DNA from: Nitrospirota bacterium | GTDB taxonomy: Bacteria; Nitrospirota; UBA9217 | NCBI GenBank assembly: GCA_963818475.1 | Contig: CAWFSF010000006.1 | Span: forward strand, 160,001-224,000 | Direction of reading: 5' to 3' | Length of the DNA stretch: 64,000 nt | Translations under genes and position numbers: made by a program | Part shown: positions 46,593 through 58,056 of the stretch, piece by piece | How positions within the stretch are numbered: the first letter of the stretch is position 1 | Layout: every line of letters starts with the position of its first letter | The notes under the pieces: generated by a model | Told to the model about the DNA's origin: nothing | Databases searched by the model: none | What the model saw: only the letters and a program-made list of their open reading frames with translations

Positions 46593-48158
46593 ATGTCTTC
46601 TGAGAAAACACAGGTTGCCCGGGCCGCCGGTATCGTCGGATCAGCCACGCTTCTTTCCCGCCTCATGGGGTATGCGCGGGACATGGTCATGTCCTGGGCC
46701 TTTGGCACGGGACTGGCCGCAGACGCTTTCTATGTAGCTTATCGCATCCCGAACCTTTTGCGCGAGCTTCTTGCAGAAGGGTCCATGTCGGCGGCGTTCA
46801 TCCCGGTCTTTACCGAAACGCTTACCAAAGAGTCAAAGGAGAGCGCACGCCACCTGGCGAATGCGGTCTTCGCGCGGCTGCTCGTGATCCTTGCGGTCCT
46901 GACCCTGCTGGGCATCATCTTTGCCCCTTTTGTGGTCAAGGCGATCGCCTGGGGGTTCAAGGCTGATCCCGACAAGTATGCCACGACGGTCATGCTCACC
47001 CGGATCATGTTCCCCTATCTGCTGTTCATCGGCCTTGCTGCCCTGGCCATGGGCATGCTGAACTCTCTCCGCTCGTTCCTGGCTCCGGCGCTTTCGCCGG
47101 TGATGCTGAATATCATGACTATCTCCTCCGTTCTGCTGAGCCTCTGGCTCCTGCCGAATCCCATCTATGGCGTCGCCGTGGGTGTGGTCCTGGGCGGACT
47201 GTTCCAGTTTCTGATCCAGGTGCCGGGGCTCAGGAAACAGGGGATGATGATGCGGCCCGAGTTTCAGCCGAGCCATCCCGGGGTCGCGAAGGTCGGTCGG
47301 CTCGCCCTGCCGATCATGCTGAGCTCGTCGGTCACCCAGGTCAATATCTTTGTCAGCACCATCCTTGCCTCGTTCCTCGCCACCGGGAGCATTACCTATC
47401 TCTTTTACGGCATGCGGTTCATTCATTTCCCGCTCGGCATCTTCGGCATCGCCATTGCCACGGCAGTGCTGCCGACCATGTCGGCCCAGGCAGCGCGCAG
47501 CGAGACCGAGGCGTTCCGCGAGACCCTGTCCCTGGGGCTCCGGCTCGTGTTCTTCATCATGTTCCCGGCCATGGCCGGCCTTATTGTCCTTCGCGTTCCG
47601 ATCGTGAACCTGCTGCTCGAGCACGGCCAGTTCGACCGCATATCGACCGCAGGAACTGCAGCTGCCATCCTCTATTATTCCATCGGCCTCTGGGCCTTTG
47701 CCGGCGTGCGCATCGTTGCCCAGGCCTTCTATTCGCTGCAGGACACCAAAACGCCCGTCAAGATCGCCGCCCTTGCCATGACCGCGAACATCCTGCTCAG
47801 CATCGTCCTCATGGGGCCGCTCGCCCATGGAGGCCTGGCGCTCGCCACGTCGCTTGCTGCCATGCTGAACATCGGCCTGCTCACGCTGCAGCTCCGGAAA
47901 AAGATCGGCCGCATGGACGGCGGAAGGATCATGACCTCGCTTTTCAGGATCATACCGGCATCTGCCGTCATGGGCGCCATCGGCTGGTGGGTCAGCAGGG
48001 ACCCGGTATGGGAATCGCGGGGGAATACGCTGTACAAGTCCGAACTGCTCGCGGGCACTATGGCCGTGAGCGCGCTGTTCTATGTGATGCTGATGTGGGC
48101 CTTACGGAGCGAGGAGCTGAAGTTCATCTGGGGGATGGTGAAGAGGAAGCGAAGGTAA
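46593..48158 (+). CDS. murJ: Lipid II flippase MurJ
   Basis: SRLMGYARD, RIPNLLRELLAEG, GLALATS. Confidence 0.95.
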   Translation: MSSEKTQVARAAGIVGSATLLSRLMGYARDMVMSWAFGTGLAADAFYVAYRIPNLLRELLAEGSMSAAFIPVFTETLTKESKESARHLANAVFARLLVILAVLTLLGIIFAPFVVKAIAWGFKADPDKYATTVMLTRIMFPYLLFIGLAALAMGMLNSLRSFLAPALSPVMLNIMTISSVLLSLWLLPNPIYGVAVGVVLGGLFQFLIQVPGLRKQGMMMRPEFQPSHPGVAKVGRLALPIMLSSSVTQVNIFVSTILASFLATGSITYLFYGMRFIHFPLGIFGIAIATAVLPTMSAQAARSETEAFRETLSLGLRLVFFIMFPAMAGLIVLRVPIVNLLLEHGQFDRISTAGTAAAILYYSIGLWAFAGVRIVAQAFYSLQDTKTPVKIAALAMTANILLSIVLMGPLAHGGLALATSLAAMLNIGLLTLQLRKKIGRMDGGRIMTSLFRIIPASAVMGAIGWWVSRDPVWESRGNTLYKSELLAGTMAVSALFYVMLMWALRSEELKFIWGMVKRKRR

Positions 48159-48164
48159 TTCGGA

Positions 48165-48711
48165 ATGCGGAATGCGGAATGCGGAATAAAAAATGTTGCT
48201 TTTCGGACGTCTCTCGGCTGGGTCGGTGTGGCGGTGACAGAACAGGGAATATCCCGGATCGTCCTGCCGAAGAAGGATAAAACGGCTGTGGAGCAGGAAC
48301 TGCGTAGCTCGGAGTTCGGGGTTCGGAGTTCGGAAGTATGCAATGCGTCAAATCCTCATCATCCTGAAAAAAGCAGTGAAGCTTCTCCAGCATTACTTCT
48401 CGGGCGAAAGCGTTTTATTTGACCTTCCGCTCGATTTACGGTATTATACGCCCTTCCAGCAGGCGGTATGGAAGGCGGCTGCAGCGATCCCTTCCGGCGA
48501 AACGCAGTCCTACGCCTGGATCGCGAAACGGATCAGGAACCCGAAAGCCAGCCGTGCCGTGGGCCAGGCGCTCGGCGCGAATCCGGTCCCGATCATCATT
48601 CCCTGCCACCGTGTCATCAGTTCAACGGGAACCATGGGCGGCTACTCCGGCGGGCTTGGGATGAAGAAGCAGCTGCTGGAGCTCGAGACGCATGCCAAAG
48701 GCAACCATTGA
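48165..48711 (+). CDS. ogt: Methylated-DNA--protein-cysteine methyltransferase (frameshift near 48340)
   Basis: TPFQ..VW, RAVGQA...NP, IPCHRV. Confidence 0.9.
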
Positions 48712-48852
48712 GGCACCGAGGCAGGGGATCGTTCAATTCGCCGTGATCCTCTCGGCGTTCCTGGCGGTGATGTGGCTGGCCTGGTTCTCCTATTTGTATA
48801 ATGCAGGAAAAAAAGATCCAAGCCGATCTGCCGGCATAACGGCGAATGATAG

Positions 48853-48901
48853 CCCCTCACCCCACCCTCTCCCCTCGGTGGAGAGGATAAAGGTGAGGGG
48901 G
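48853..48901. repeat. REP-like hairpin
   Basis: CCCCTCACC...CCTCTCC / GGAGAGG...GGTGAGGGG. Confidence 0.7.
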
Positions 48902-48916
48902 GATTTTCAGGTGAAT

Positions 48917-49555
48917 ATGCTATTAATGAGACTGGTGGTCGGGCCGCTCCAGGTGAATTGTTTCATCATCGCGGACGAAAAGACCAAAGAAGCCGTGGTC
49001 ATCGATCCCGGTGACGATGCCGCTGACATCCTGAAGCTTATCAAGGAAAAGGACCTCAAGGTCAAGTACATCGTGAACACCCACGGACACTTCGACCATG
49101 TCGGCGCGAATAAGGCCGTCAAAGAGGCCACGGGTGCGGAGATCCTCATGCATGAGGCCGATGCGCAGCTTATGGCTTCGGCTGCAAGCCAGTCCTCGGC
49201 TTTCGGCATGAGAGCTGTCTCGTCCCCGCCGGCAGACCGGTTCGTGAAGGACGGGGATGTGATCACTGCCGGGGAAATAGCGCTCAAGGTCGTGCATACG
49301 CCGGGTCATTCCCAGGGCGGCATCTGCCTGCTCGGGCAGGGTATGGCCTTTACCGGAGATTCGCTCTTTGCCGGTTCCATCGGCAGGACCGATTTCCCGG
49401 GCGGCGACCTCAAGACCCTGCTCCGCTCCATCAAGAAGAATCTCCTGACCCTGCCGGACGACACCAAGGTCTTTTCCGGACACGGCCCGGCGTCCACCAT
49501 CGGCGATGAGCGGAAGGAGAACCCCTTCCTGAACAAAGAATCGGGGTTCGAATAA
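48917..49555 (+). CDS. MBL-fold metallo-hydrolase (glyoxalase II-like)
   Basis: THGHFDH, HTPGH, GDSLF, GRTDFPGG, GHG. Confidence 0.92.
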   Translation: MLLMRLVVGPLQVNCFIIADEKTKEAVVIDPGDDAADILKLIKEKDLKVKYIVNTHGHFDHVGANKAVKEATGAEILMHEADAQLMASAASQSSAFGMRAVSSPPADRFVKDGDVITAGEIALKVVHTPGHSQGGICLLGQGMAFTGDSLFAGSIGRTDFPGGDLKTLLRSIKKNLLTLPDDTKVFSGHGPASTIGDERKENPFLNKESGFE

Positions 49556-49745
49556 TCCGGTTTTCCTTGAGGTTTTCCGCGTAGTGTGGTAAAGTACCCA
49601 ACCCTGAAGCACCGAAGCGAGGCTTTTATCCGCAGATTTCGCAGATGAGCGCAGATTTTAAAAAAATAGGTCAAGTTCGTTATAATCGGTGGAATCTGCG
49701 TCGCTTAGAAGCGCCTACTTTTGGAATCTGTGGATGCGCTGCTGA

Positions 49746-51245
<1,500 letters not shown>

Positions 51246-51319
51246 CAATTGCGGATTGCGGATTTCGGATTGCGGATTGAACGGCTAAACCGGAAATTCG
51301 TTAAAAGTACTATAACAGC

Positions 51320-51499
51320 ATGGCAAAAGTCACGAATATTGATAAAGCGCGAAGCGCGAAGACCAAAAAAGAAGCGAACGCTCATCAAGCTGACGGTTTC
51401 ACTCCCTGCAGTCCTGATATGACGATCTGCGGCGACTGCACTGACAACCGCGCGAAGAAAAAATGTCCGCGGCTGAAGGAATGGCTGGCAAAGAGATAG
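51320..51499 (+). CDS. Small (59 aa) 4-Cys hypothetical protein
   Basis: MAKVTNIDKAR...PCSPDMTICGDCTDNRAKKKCPRLKEWLAKR; followed by a terminator; absent from ORF track. Confidence 0.55.
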   Translation: MAKVTNIDKARSAKTKKEANAHQADGFTPCSPDMTICGDCTDNRAKKKCPRLKEWLAKR

Positions 51500-51530
51500 T
51501 ACTCGTAATGCGTTCGATAAGCGAAACTGA

Positions 51531-51565
51531 AAACCCTGAGTTTTATACAGACTCAGGGTTTTTTG
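51531..51565 (+). terminator. Intrinsic terminator
   Basis: AAAACCCTGAGT...ACTCAGGGTTTTTT. Confidence 0.8.
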
Positions 51566-51594
51566 TCGGATTAGGACGAAGGCTATGTGCTGGA

Positions 51595-54291
51595 ATGAAC
51601 AGGGTTGGTAAACATCGCAAGGCTGCATCCCCAAACCAGGAATTGCAGGCAGTCATCATGCCCGTCGGCACGGTGCGTATCGAGTGGATTGAGACGCGCG
51701 AGCCCTTTGACAAGAGCAAAAGTCTGCTTGAACGGGAGCTATTCAGGCGATTCTCGGAAAATCCGGACGGCGCTTTTCTTTTTCTGGGGTTCCGCGACAG
51801 CTCCGTTCGCCTTTCCCCGTCACTCCATTTTTTGCGCAGCTTCTGCGGTCTGTTTGCCAGCAAGCTCAGGCACACGCCGGACCTTGAATCCATCCGGCAT
51901 AAGGTCACTGTGGCGCTCAGCGATGAGGAGCGGGAGCATGCGCTTGCGGCCGTCCCTCTGATGACCGGCGCCGAGTACCTGAGCAGGGCGGTGCTGGACT
52001 ATCTCTGGCAGCGGCTCCACGACGAGTTCCGCAGCGAGATCAGGGAATACCCGGGGACGGTCGAGGAGTTCATCGGGCAATACAGCCCCGACGTGCACCT
52101 GGCAGGACGCGTGTTCTTCCATCTCATTGAGAGCAAAAAAGAGGCTCATCCCTTCGGATTTCTCGCCACCTACACGACCCCGCTGAACAAAAAAGGAAGG
52201 TCGCACCGGCATCGTCTGCAGCATGCGCTGACCGAATACGGCAGGGACAGTCAGCAGTTGTCCGATCTGCTCACGACGGTTCAGCGCGCAGCCAGGGAGA
52301 GCGCCTTTGTCGCAGGTCTTCTGGAAAGCGGAGATCTGTTCAAGCACCTGGCCTGGTCCGCGAAAGAGGCCTACACCTTTCTGCAGGAGATCCCTTTGTA
52401 TGAGCAGTCGGGCATTCTGTGCCGCATCCCCGACTGGTGGAAGGGCGGATCAGCAAAGCTGCAGGTCAGCATCTCCATTGGCGACAGCCGGCCTTCCACC
52501 GTGGGGATGGAGGCCTTGCTCAGCTTCGACATGGGGCTGCTTTTTGAGGACACGCCGGTCTCCCTGGAGGAGGCCCGGCGATTGCTCGAAGCCTCGGAAG
52601 GGCTCGCGCTGATCAAGAACCGCTGGGTGGCGGTGGACCCGGAAAAGCTGCGCCAGACCCTCGATGCCTACGAAAAAGCGCGCACGCTGGCCAGACGCGA
52701 GGGGCTTACGTTCCGCGATGCGCTCCGCTTTCAGCTGAACCCCGGGGCGCTTCTGGATATCACCGGCACGGAAGCGGTGGTGACGGTCAACACCGGTGAG
52801 TGGCTGGAAACGGTCATGGTAAAGATGCGCCGCCCCGAGCTCGTCGCCCCGGTCGTCATGGCGCCGACCTTCAAGGCGGAACTAAGGCCCTATCAGGTAA
52901 AAGGCGTGAGCTGGCTTTCCTTTCTGCACTCCCTCAATTTCGGCATGTGCCTTGCCGATGACATGGGGCTTGGCAAGACCGTGCAGGTCCTGGCGCTGCT
53001 CCATCTGCTGAAGCACCGGGGAGAGAAAGGCGCGAGCCTTGTGGTGATCCCTGCATCGCTGATCGCCAACTGGGCGAACGAGATCATGCGGTTCGCGCCG
53101 GACCTTGCGTTCTATACTGCTCATCCTGCCGGGAACGATTCCAACAGCGTGGAGCCGAAGGAAGCGCATGAACTTGACGAACTCGACCTGGTGATCACGA
53201 CCTACTCGATGGTGCAGAAGTACGAATGGCTCCATGCCTACGACTGGAAGTACGTTGTCCTCGACGAGGCGCAGGCGATCAAAAATCCGAACACCAAGCA
53301 GACCAAAGCGGTCAAGAAGCTGAAATCCGTCAATCGCATTGTCATGACCGGCACGCCGGTGGAGAACCGGCTTTCCGATCTCTGGTCTCTCTTCGATTTC
53401 ATCAACCCGGGCCTTCTCGGCAGCAGCAAGGAGTTCAGCAAGTTCGCCCGGAACCTGTCCCAGGACCCCGAAGGATACGGCCGGCTCAGGAAGGTCATCA
53501 GCCCCTACATTCTTCGGCGGCTCAAGACGGACAAGACGGTCATCTCCGATCTGCCGGAAAAGGTCGAGATGAAGACGTGGTCGTTGTTGAGCAGAAAACA
53601 GGCGGTGCTTTATCAGAAGCTGGTGGACGATCTCCGGGGGGCCATCGAAGGCGCGGAAGGCATCCAGAGAAAAGGGCTCATCCTGAGCTCGCTCATGAAG
53701 TTCAAACAGCTCTGCAATCACCCGGCCCAGTATCTCGGTACGGGAATATACGACGAGAGCGACAGCGGTAAATTCAGCCGGCTGCGCGAGATCTGCGAAA
53801 CGATCCATGAAAAGCGGGAACGGGTCCTGGTGTTCACCCAGTTCCGGGAGATCACGGACCCGCTTTCAAAATTTTTAAGAGACATATTCGGCAAGCAGGG
53901 TCTCGTGCTGCATGGCGGCACGCCCGTGGGGAAGAGGAAGGACCTCGTGGCACGCTTTCAGGATGAGGACTATGTGCCCTACATGGTGCTGTCGCTCAAA
54001 GCCGGCGGCGTGGGGCTCAATCTTACCGCGGCGAACCACGTTATCCATTTCGACCGGTGGTGGAACCCGGCAGTCGAGAACCAGGCAACCGACCGGGCAT
54101 TCAGGATCGGCCAGAAGAAGAACGTGATCGTCCACAAGTTCATCACCAAAGGGACGGTCGAGGAAAAGATCGACGAGATGATCGAGGGGAAACTGAAACT
54201 CTCGACCGAGGTCATCCAGTCCGGGTCCGAGGCCTGGATCACGGAGATGAGCAATGATCAGTTGATGGACATGTTCACGCTGACGATCTGA
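51595..54291 (+). CDS. SNF2-family helicase/ATPase
   Basis: LADDMGLGKT, LDEAQ, TGTPVEN, QATDRAFRIGQ; start codon uncertain. Confidence 0.93.
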   Translation: MNRVGKHRKAASPNQELQAVIMPVGTVRIEWIETREPFDKSKSLLERELFRRFSENPDGAFLFLGFRDSSVRLSPSLHFLRSFCGLFASKLRHTPDLESIRHKVTVALSDEEREHALAAVPLMTGAEYLSRAVLDYLWQRLHDEFRSEIREYPGTVEEFIGQYSPDVHLAGRVFFHLIESKKEAHPFGFLATYTTPLNKKGRSHRHRLQHALTEYGRDSQQLSDLLTTVQRAARESAFVAGLLESGDLFKHLAWSAKEAYTFLQEIPLYEQSGILCRIPDWWKGGSAKLQVSISIGDSRPSTVGMEALLSFDMGLLFEDTPVSLEEARRLLEASEGLALIKNRWVAVDPEKLRQTLDAYEKARTLARREGLTFRDALRFQLNPGALLDITGTEAVVTVNTGEWLETVMVKMRRPELVAPVVMAPTFKAELRPYQVKGVSWLSFLHSLNFGMCLADDMGLGKTVQVLALLHLLKHRGEKGASLVVIPASLIANWANEIMRFAPDLAFYTAHPAGNDSNSVEPKEAHELDELDLVITTYSMVQKYEWLHAYDWKYVVLDEAQAIKNPNTKQTKAVKKLKSVNRIVMTGTPVENRLSDLWSLFDFINPGLLGSSKEFSKFARNLSQDPEGYGRLRKVISPYILRRLKTDKTVISDLPEKVEMKTWSLLSRKQAVLYQKLVDDLRGAIEGAEGIQRKGLILSSLMKFKQLCNHPAQYLGTGIYDESDSGKFSRLREICETIHEKRERVLVFTQFREITDPLSKFLRDIFGKQGLVLHGGTPVGKRKDLVARFQDEDYVPYMVLSLKAGGVGLNLTAANHVIHFDRWWNPAVENQATDRAFRIGQKKNVIVHKFITKGTVEEKIDEMIEGKLKLSTEVIQSGSEAWITEMSNDQLMDMFTLTI

Positions 54292-54376
54292 TGCGCAGCA
54301 TGCCCTTGACAAACGCCCTTCGTTGCCCTACTCTAGTTTCACTTCAAAGCGGGACGAACATGAGGTGTAACCTTAT

Positions 54377-55706
54377 ATGAACCCTATCTGTGTAATAGAC
54401 GACGTAGCTTCCATCACCTCCACCGTGGAGGGCATTCTGAAGGACGAGGGATATCAGGTCCTTTCATTTCCTGATGCCGAGAGCTTCTGGCAGAAGCTCG
54501 ACACTATTGAGCCCTCGCTCGTGCTGCTGGATATCTGGCTCCCCGGCATCGACGGCATGCAGCTCCTGAAACAGCTGCATGCCCGGTTCCCCGAACTCCC
54601 CGTCATCATGATGAGCGGACATGCCGGCATCGACGCGGCCGTTGCCGCCATAAAGGCCGGTGCCTACGATTTCATGGAAAAGCCGCTGCATCTGGAGGTC
54701 CTGCTCGACAAGGTTGCGTCCGCCCTGAAACACCGGCCTTCCAAGAGCAGCGAGACCCTGCCCGTCGGATACGCGGCTTGAGATCGCCAGTGCCGACCTT
54801 TCGGTCCCTTCCGGAGTGGTGGAGGTGGAGGATTCCTCCGAGCCGCAGCGCACCCTCAGGGGGAATGTGGTCCTGAACGGCACGGGGCTTTTGAGCGGCC
54901 GGAACACCGGCGTCATCCTGAGTCCCCTCGGGACCAACGAGGGGATCGTTTTTCAAACGCTTGACGGCCAGACCATCCGCGGGCATATTACCGCGCTCGA
55001 GGATTTCGCCCAGACCGGCCAGTCGAAGACCTTCTCTGCCAACTCCACGACCCTGGACAACGGCAGGCGGCGGGTGCGCACCATTGAACATTTGATGGCA
55101 GTCCTTTCCATGTACGGCATCACCAACGTGCTTATAAAGGTTGACGATGAGATACCGAACATTGACGGCTCCGCCAGGGATTTCTGCAAACTCATAGAAG
55201 AGGCTGGGATCGTTGATCAGTCCGCGTCCACGAAGGTTGCCGTTATCCGCAGGAAGATCGGGGTAGGCAACGAGGCGAAGCATGAAAAGCATCTCTATGC
55301 CGAGCCCTTCGAAGGGTTCGAGATATCGATGAGGGTCGATTACCCTGAACCCATAGGGGAACAGGTCCTCACGTTCAATCCTGCAAGCGCGTCCTTTGCA
55401 AAGGATATCGCCCCGGCCCGCTCCTTCAACACCTTCGAGAACATCGAAATGGCGCAGAAGCTCGGAAAGGTCGGCGGCGGATATCTCAATTCCCACATCA
55501 TCATGTACGACGGGAAGGTCATCAACACGGAGCTCCGCTACCCCGACGAATTCGTGCGCCACAAGATACTGGACCTGATCGGAGACCTCTACCTCCTCGG
55601 CTTTCCCATCAAAGGACGCATCATTGCCAACATGACCTCCCACGGCTACAATCAGGCGCTGGTGCAGCGCTTGTACCAGGCGATCCAGAGCAGCGGCGGA
55701 AAGTAG
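54377..55706 (+). CDS. lpxC: Receiver domain + UDP-3-O-acyl-GlcNAc deacetylase; probable fusion split by one extra C near 54762
   Basis: REC (IDD, LLDIWLP, MSGH, EKP) at 54377-54781; LpxC motifs QRTL, TIEHLMA, EIPNIDGS, RHKILDLIGD, SH..N. Confidence 0.88.
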
Positions 55707-55716
55707 GCGTTCCGAA

Positions 55717-55827
55717 AAGCATATGCCTGTAGATGCTTTTCGATGGACATGAAAACGGGAAAAGCATCTACCCGTATATGCATGGTCGGCATCTACAGGT
55801 AGATGCAAGCATATGCCTGTAGATGCT
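55717..55827. repeat. GTAGATGC/GCATCTAC repeat cluster
   Basis: Identical 21-mer AAGCATATGCCTGTAGATGCT at 55717 and 55807, an inverted copy near 55761 and palindrome GCATCTACAGGTAGATGC. Confidence 0.8.
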
Positions 55828-55838
55828 AGTATATATCT

Positions 55839-57710
55839 GATGGTCTCGTGAGAACAACTGCCGTGCTCGCTCCAAATTAAACGCATGAATCATCATAATT
55901 CCATTGCAGCACAAGGGTTTTCGTGATACATACAGGCATCACTCGTCGTTTTGAGGAGCCAGCATGATCTATACCAAGGATCACAAAACCCACGACATGT
56001 TCGAACCGTTTCCCTTCCTGGGACCCAAACGAAAGCAGCGCATCGAAGCGTCCTGGGCGAAGATTTTCCGGGAACACATCCTCCCAACGCTTCCCGTCGA
56101 GAAGGTTTTTTCCAAGTACGATCCGGCCCTGGGAGCACCGACCAAGGAGCTTTACGCCATGCTCGGCCTCATGGTGATCCAGCAGATGCACGATCTGACC
56201 GACGAGGAAGCCGTAGACCAGTTTGCGTACAACCTCCAGTGGCATTACGCTCTGAACATCACCAGTACAGCCGATGCCGACGCCTATGTCAGTCCCAAAA
56301 CCCTCTGGACCATGCGGGATGTCCTGACCGAGCGGAACCTGTACCAGAACATCTTCGACGAAGTAACGAAGAAGCTTGCCGATGTGTTCAAAGTCGATGT
56401 TTCGAAGCAGCGGTTCGACTCAGTCCATATCTTTTCCAACATGCGCCATCTGGGCCGGATCGGCCTGTTCGTCAAGACCATCAAAAAGTTCCTCGTAAAC
56501 CTCAAGCGCCATCATAAAGACCTCTACGAAGCCCTGGATAAAGCTCTCTCCGACCGATACATGACCAAACAGGGAGACGCCGTCTTCTCGATGGTTAAAC
56601 CCTCGGAATCGATAAAGACCTTAACGACTCTGGCTGACGACGTGTTCACCCTTGTGGAACGTTTCAGGGGGAACGAGCCGGTTGTCACCATGACCAGTTA
56701 TCAGTTCCTTGTCCGGCTGCTCAAGGAGCAGTGCCTCGTACAACGTGTTGATACGCATACCAACCAGGTTTTGGTCAAAGAGAACAAAGACGTGGCTTCT
56801 GACTCATTGCAGAACCCTTCCGACCCTGAGGCTGGATATAGCGGCTATAAGGGCCAAGGTTATCAGATGCAGGTTGCCGAAAGCTACGGCACGTCCGAGG
56901 ATACCGACACCCTGAATTTGATCACCGGTGTGATCATCGAGCCTGCACACAAGCGCGACGCTCACGCCCTGATCCCGCTCATCGAAACCACTGCGGAGCT
57001 TGGTCTGAAGCCCAAGGAAGCCCTGGCGGACACTCTCTACGGCGGTGACGAGAACCGCGGGAAGGCGGAGGCTCTGGGCGTTGAAATCGTTTCGCCGGTC
57101 AAGGGCAAAGGAAGCAAAATTACGGAGACCCTCGCCGAGTTCACCATGAACGGCGAGAACGAGATTACCTCATGCCCAGCGGGATGTACGCCGGAACGGA
57201 CCCGAAGCCACGATGACCGGCATTTCGCGTTTTTCTCAAAAAGAACCTGTCGCGGCTGCTCCCGAAAGGAGACATGTCCGACAAAGCCCGGTCAAAGAGG
57301 ACGCTCTCTCCGGTACGATGATAAAGCGGTCCGGGTTGCCCGGCGCCGTGCGTATGAAGAGTCCCCGGAGTTTCGTGGCCGGTACCGGTTCCGTGCGGGA
57401 ATCGAAGGGACCATGTCCCAGCTTGATCGCTTGACCGGAATAAAGAACCTTCGCGTCCGGGGCATGTCTGCGGTGAGCTTCTCCTCTTACTTAAAAGCGG
57501 CGGGGATCAACATCATCCGGGCGGCGGCGCATCGAAACCGGGAAGCAGAAGGGAAACCCGGATCCGTTAGACACCTTTTCCTCGTTATCTTGTGCTGTCA
57601 AAGAGCAATTGCAACGCGTATCAGAGGCCATCAGATGTTGGAGCAGTCTTCAATCGCCGAATATGCACTGCGAAGCGTCTTTTTGCCGCGTGACTTCTTA
57701 CGAGACCATC
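55839..57710 (+). mobile_element. Insertion sequence, IS1182-like
   Basis: TIRs GATGGTCTCGTGAGAA / TTCTTACGAGACCATC, 4-bp ATCT target duplication, single transposase. Confidence 0.88.
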
Positions 57711-57718
57711 ATCTGTAG
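55964..57718 (+). CDS. DDE transposase (IS1182-like)
   Basis: DUF772-like N-terminus, RFDS, LADTLYG, CPAG..C..C...C, YRFRAGIEGTMS. Confidence 0.9.
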   Translation: MIYTKDHKTHDMFEPFPFLGPKRKQRIEASWAKIFREHILPTLPVEKVFSKYDPALGAPTKELYAMLGLMVIQQMHDLTDEEAVDQFAYNLQWHYALNITSTADADAYVSPKTLWTMRDVLTERNLYQNIFDEVTKKLADVFKVDVSKQRFDSVHIFSNMRHLGRIGLFVKTIKKFLVNLKRHHKDLYEALDKALSDRYMTKQGDAVFSMVKPSESIKTLTTLADDVFTLVERFRGNEPVVTMTSYQFLVRLLKEQCLVQRVDTHTNQVLVKENKDVASDSLQNPSDPEAGYSGYKGQGYQMQVAESYGTSEDTDTLNLITGVIIEPAHKRDAHALIPLIETTAELGLKPKEALADTLYGGDENRGKAEALGVEIVSPVKGKGSKITETLAEFTMNGENEITSCPAGCTPERTRSHDDRHFAFFSKRTCRGCSRKETCPTKPGQRGRSLRYDDKAVRVARRRAYEESPEFRGRYRFRAGIEGTMSQLDRLTGIKNLRVRGMSAVSFSSYLKAAGINIIRAAAHRNREAEGKPGSVRHLFLVILCCQRAIATRIRGHQMLEQSSIAEYALRSVFLPRDFLRDHHL

Positions 57719-57747
57719 ATGACAGGTTACTTATAGTCAATAACTGG

Positions 57748-57951
57748 TTATAATTCCCCGAACGAAATCCTCATTCCGAATCCGAGAAGAATGAATCTCA
57801 CAGAATATCGATTCGGAGAGTTCCAATCGAGGCTGATCGCAATAAAATTGAAATCATTGTTCCATCCGGTCCAGAACTGATACTGATGATAGAACTGGAT
57901 GCCGTCGAATTTTCGCGTCAGGCTGATGATCTTTTTTATTTTCAGTGTCAT
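57748..57951 (-). CDS. Cassette 1: 67 aa hypothetical protein, inverted orientation
   Basis: SD GGAGG before ATG; fills the space between GTTATAA (57747) and TTATAAC (57974). Confidence 0.6.
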   Translation of the reverse strand: MTLKIKKIISLTRKFDGIQFYHQYQFWTGWNNDFNFIAISLDWNSPNRYSVRFILLGFGMRISFGEL

Positions 57952-57973
57952 TATTGCCTCCGATGAACGGGAA

Positions 57974-58032
57974 TTATAACCACCGATTCGAGAGCGGCGC
58001 GAAAAGAACGCGCCTCAATCGTATCGTTAGTT
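57974..58032 (+). repeat. attC site 1 (59 bp)
   Basis: TTATAAC...GGCGCG-AAAAGAA-CGCGCC...GTTAGTT. Confidence 0.85.
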
Positions 58033-58056
58033 TGGATAAATTGATGGAGGCTTCGC

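Noticed and set aside
51463-51594. Extended N-terminus of the SNF2 ORF
   Set aside because: It overlaps the small ORF and crosses a strong terminator.
55717-55827. Mini CRISPR array
   Set aside because: Only two direct copies, the spacer contains inverted copies of the same motif, and there are no cas genes.
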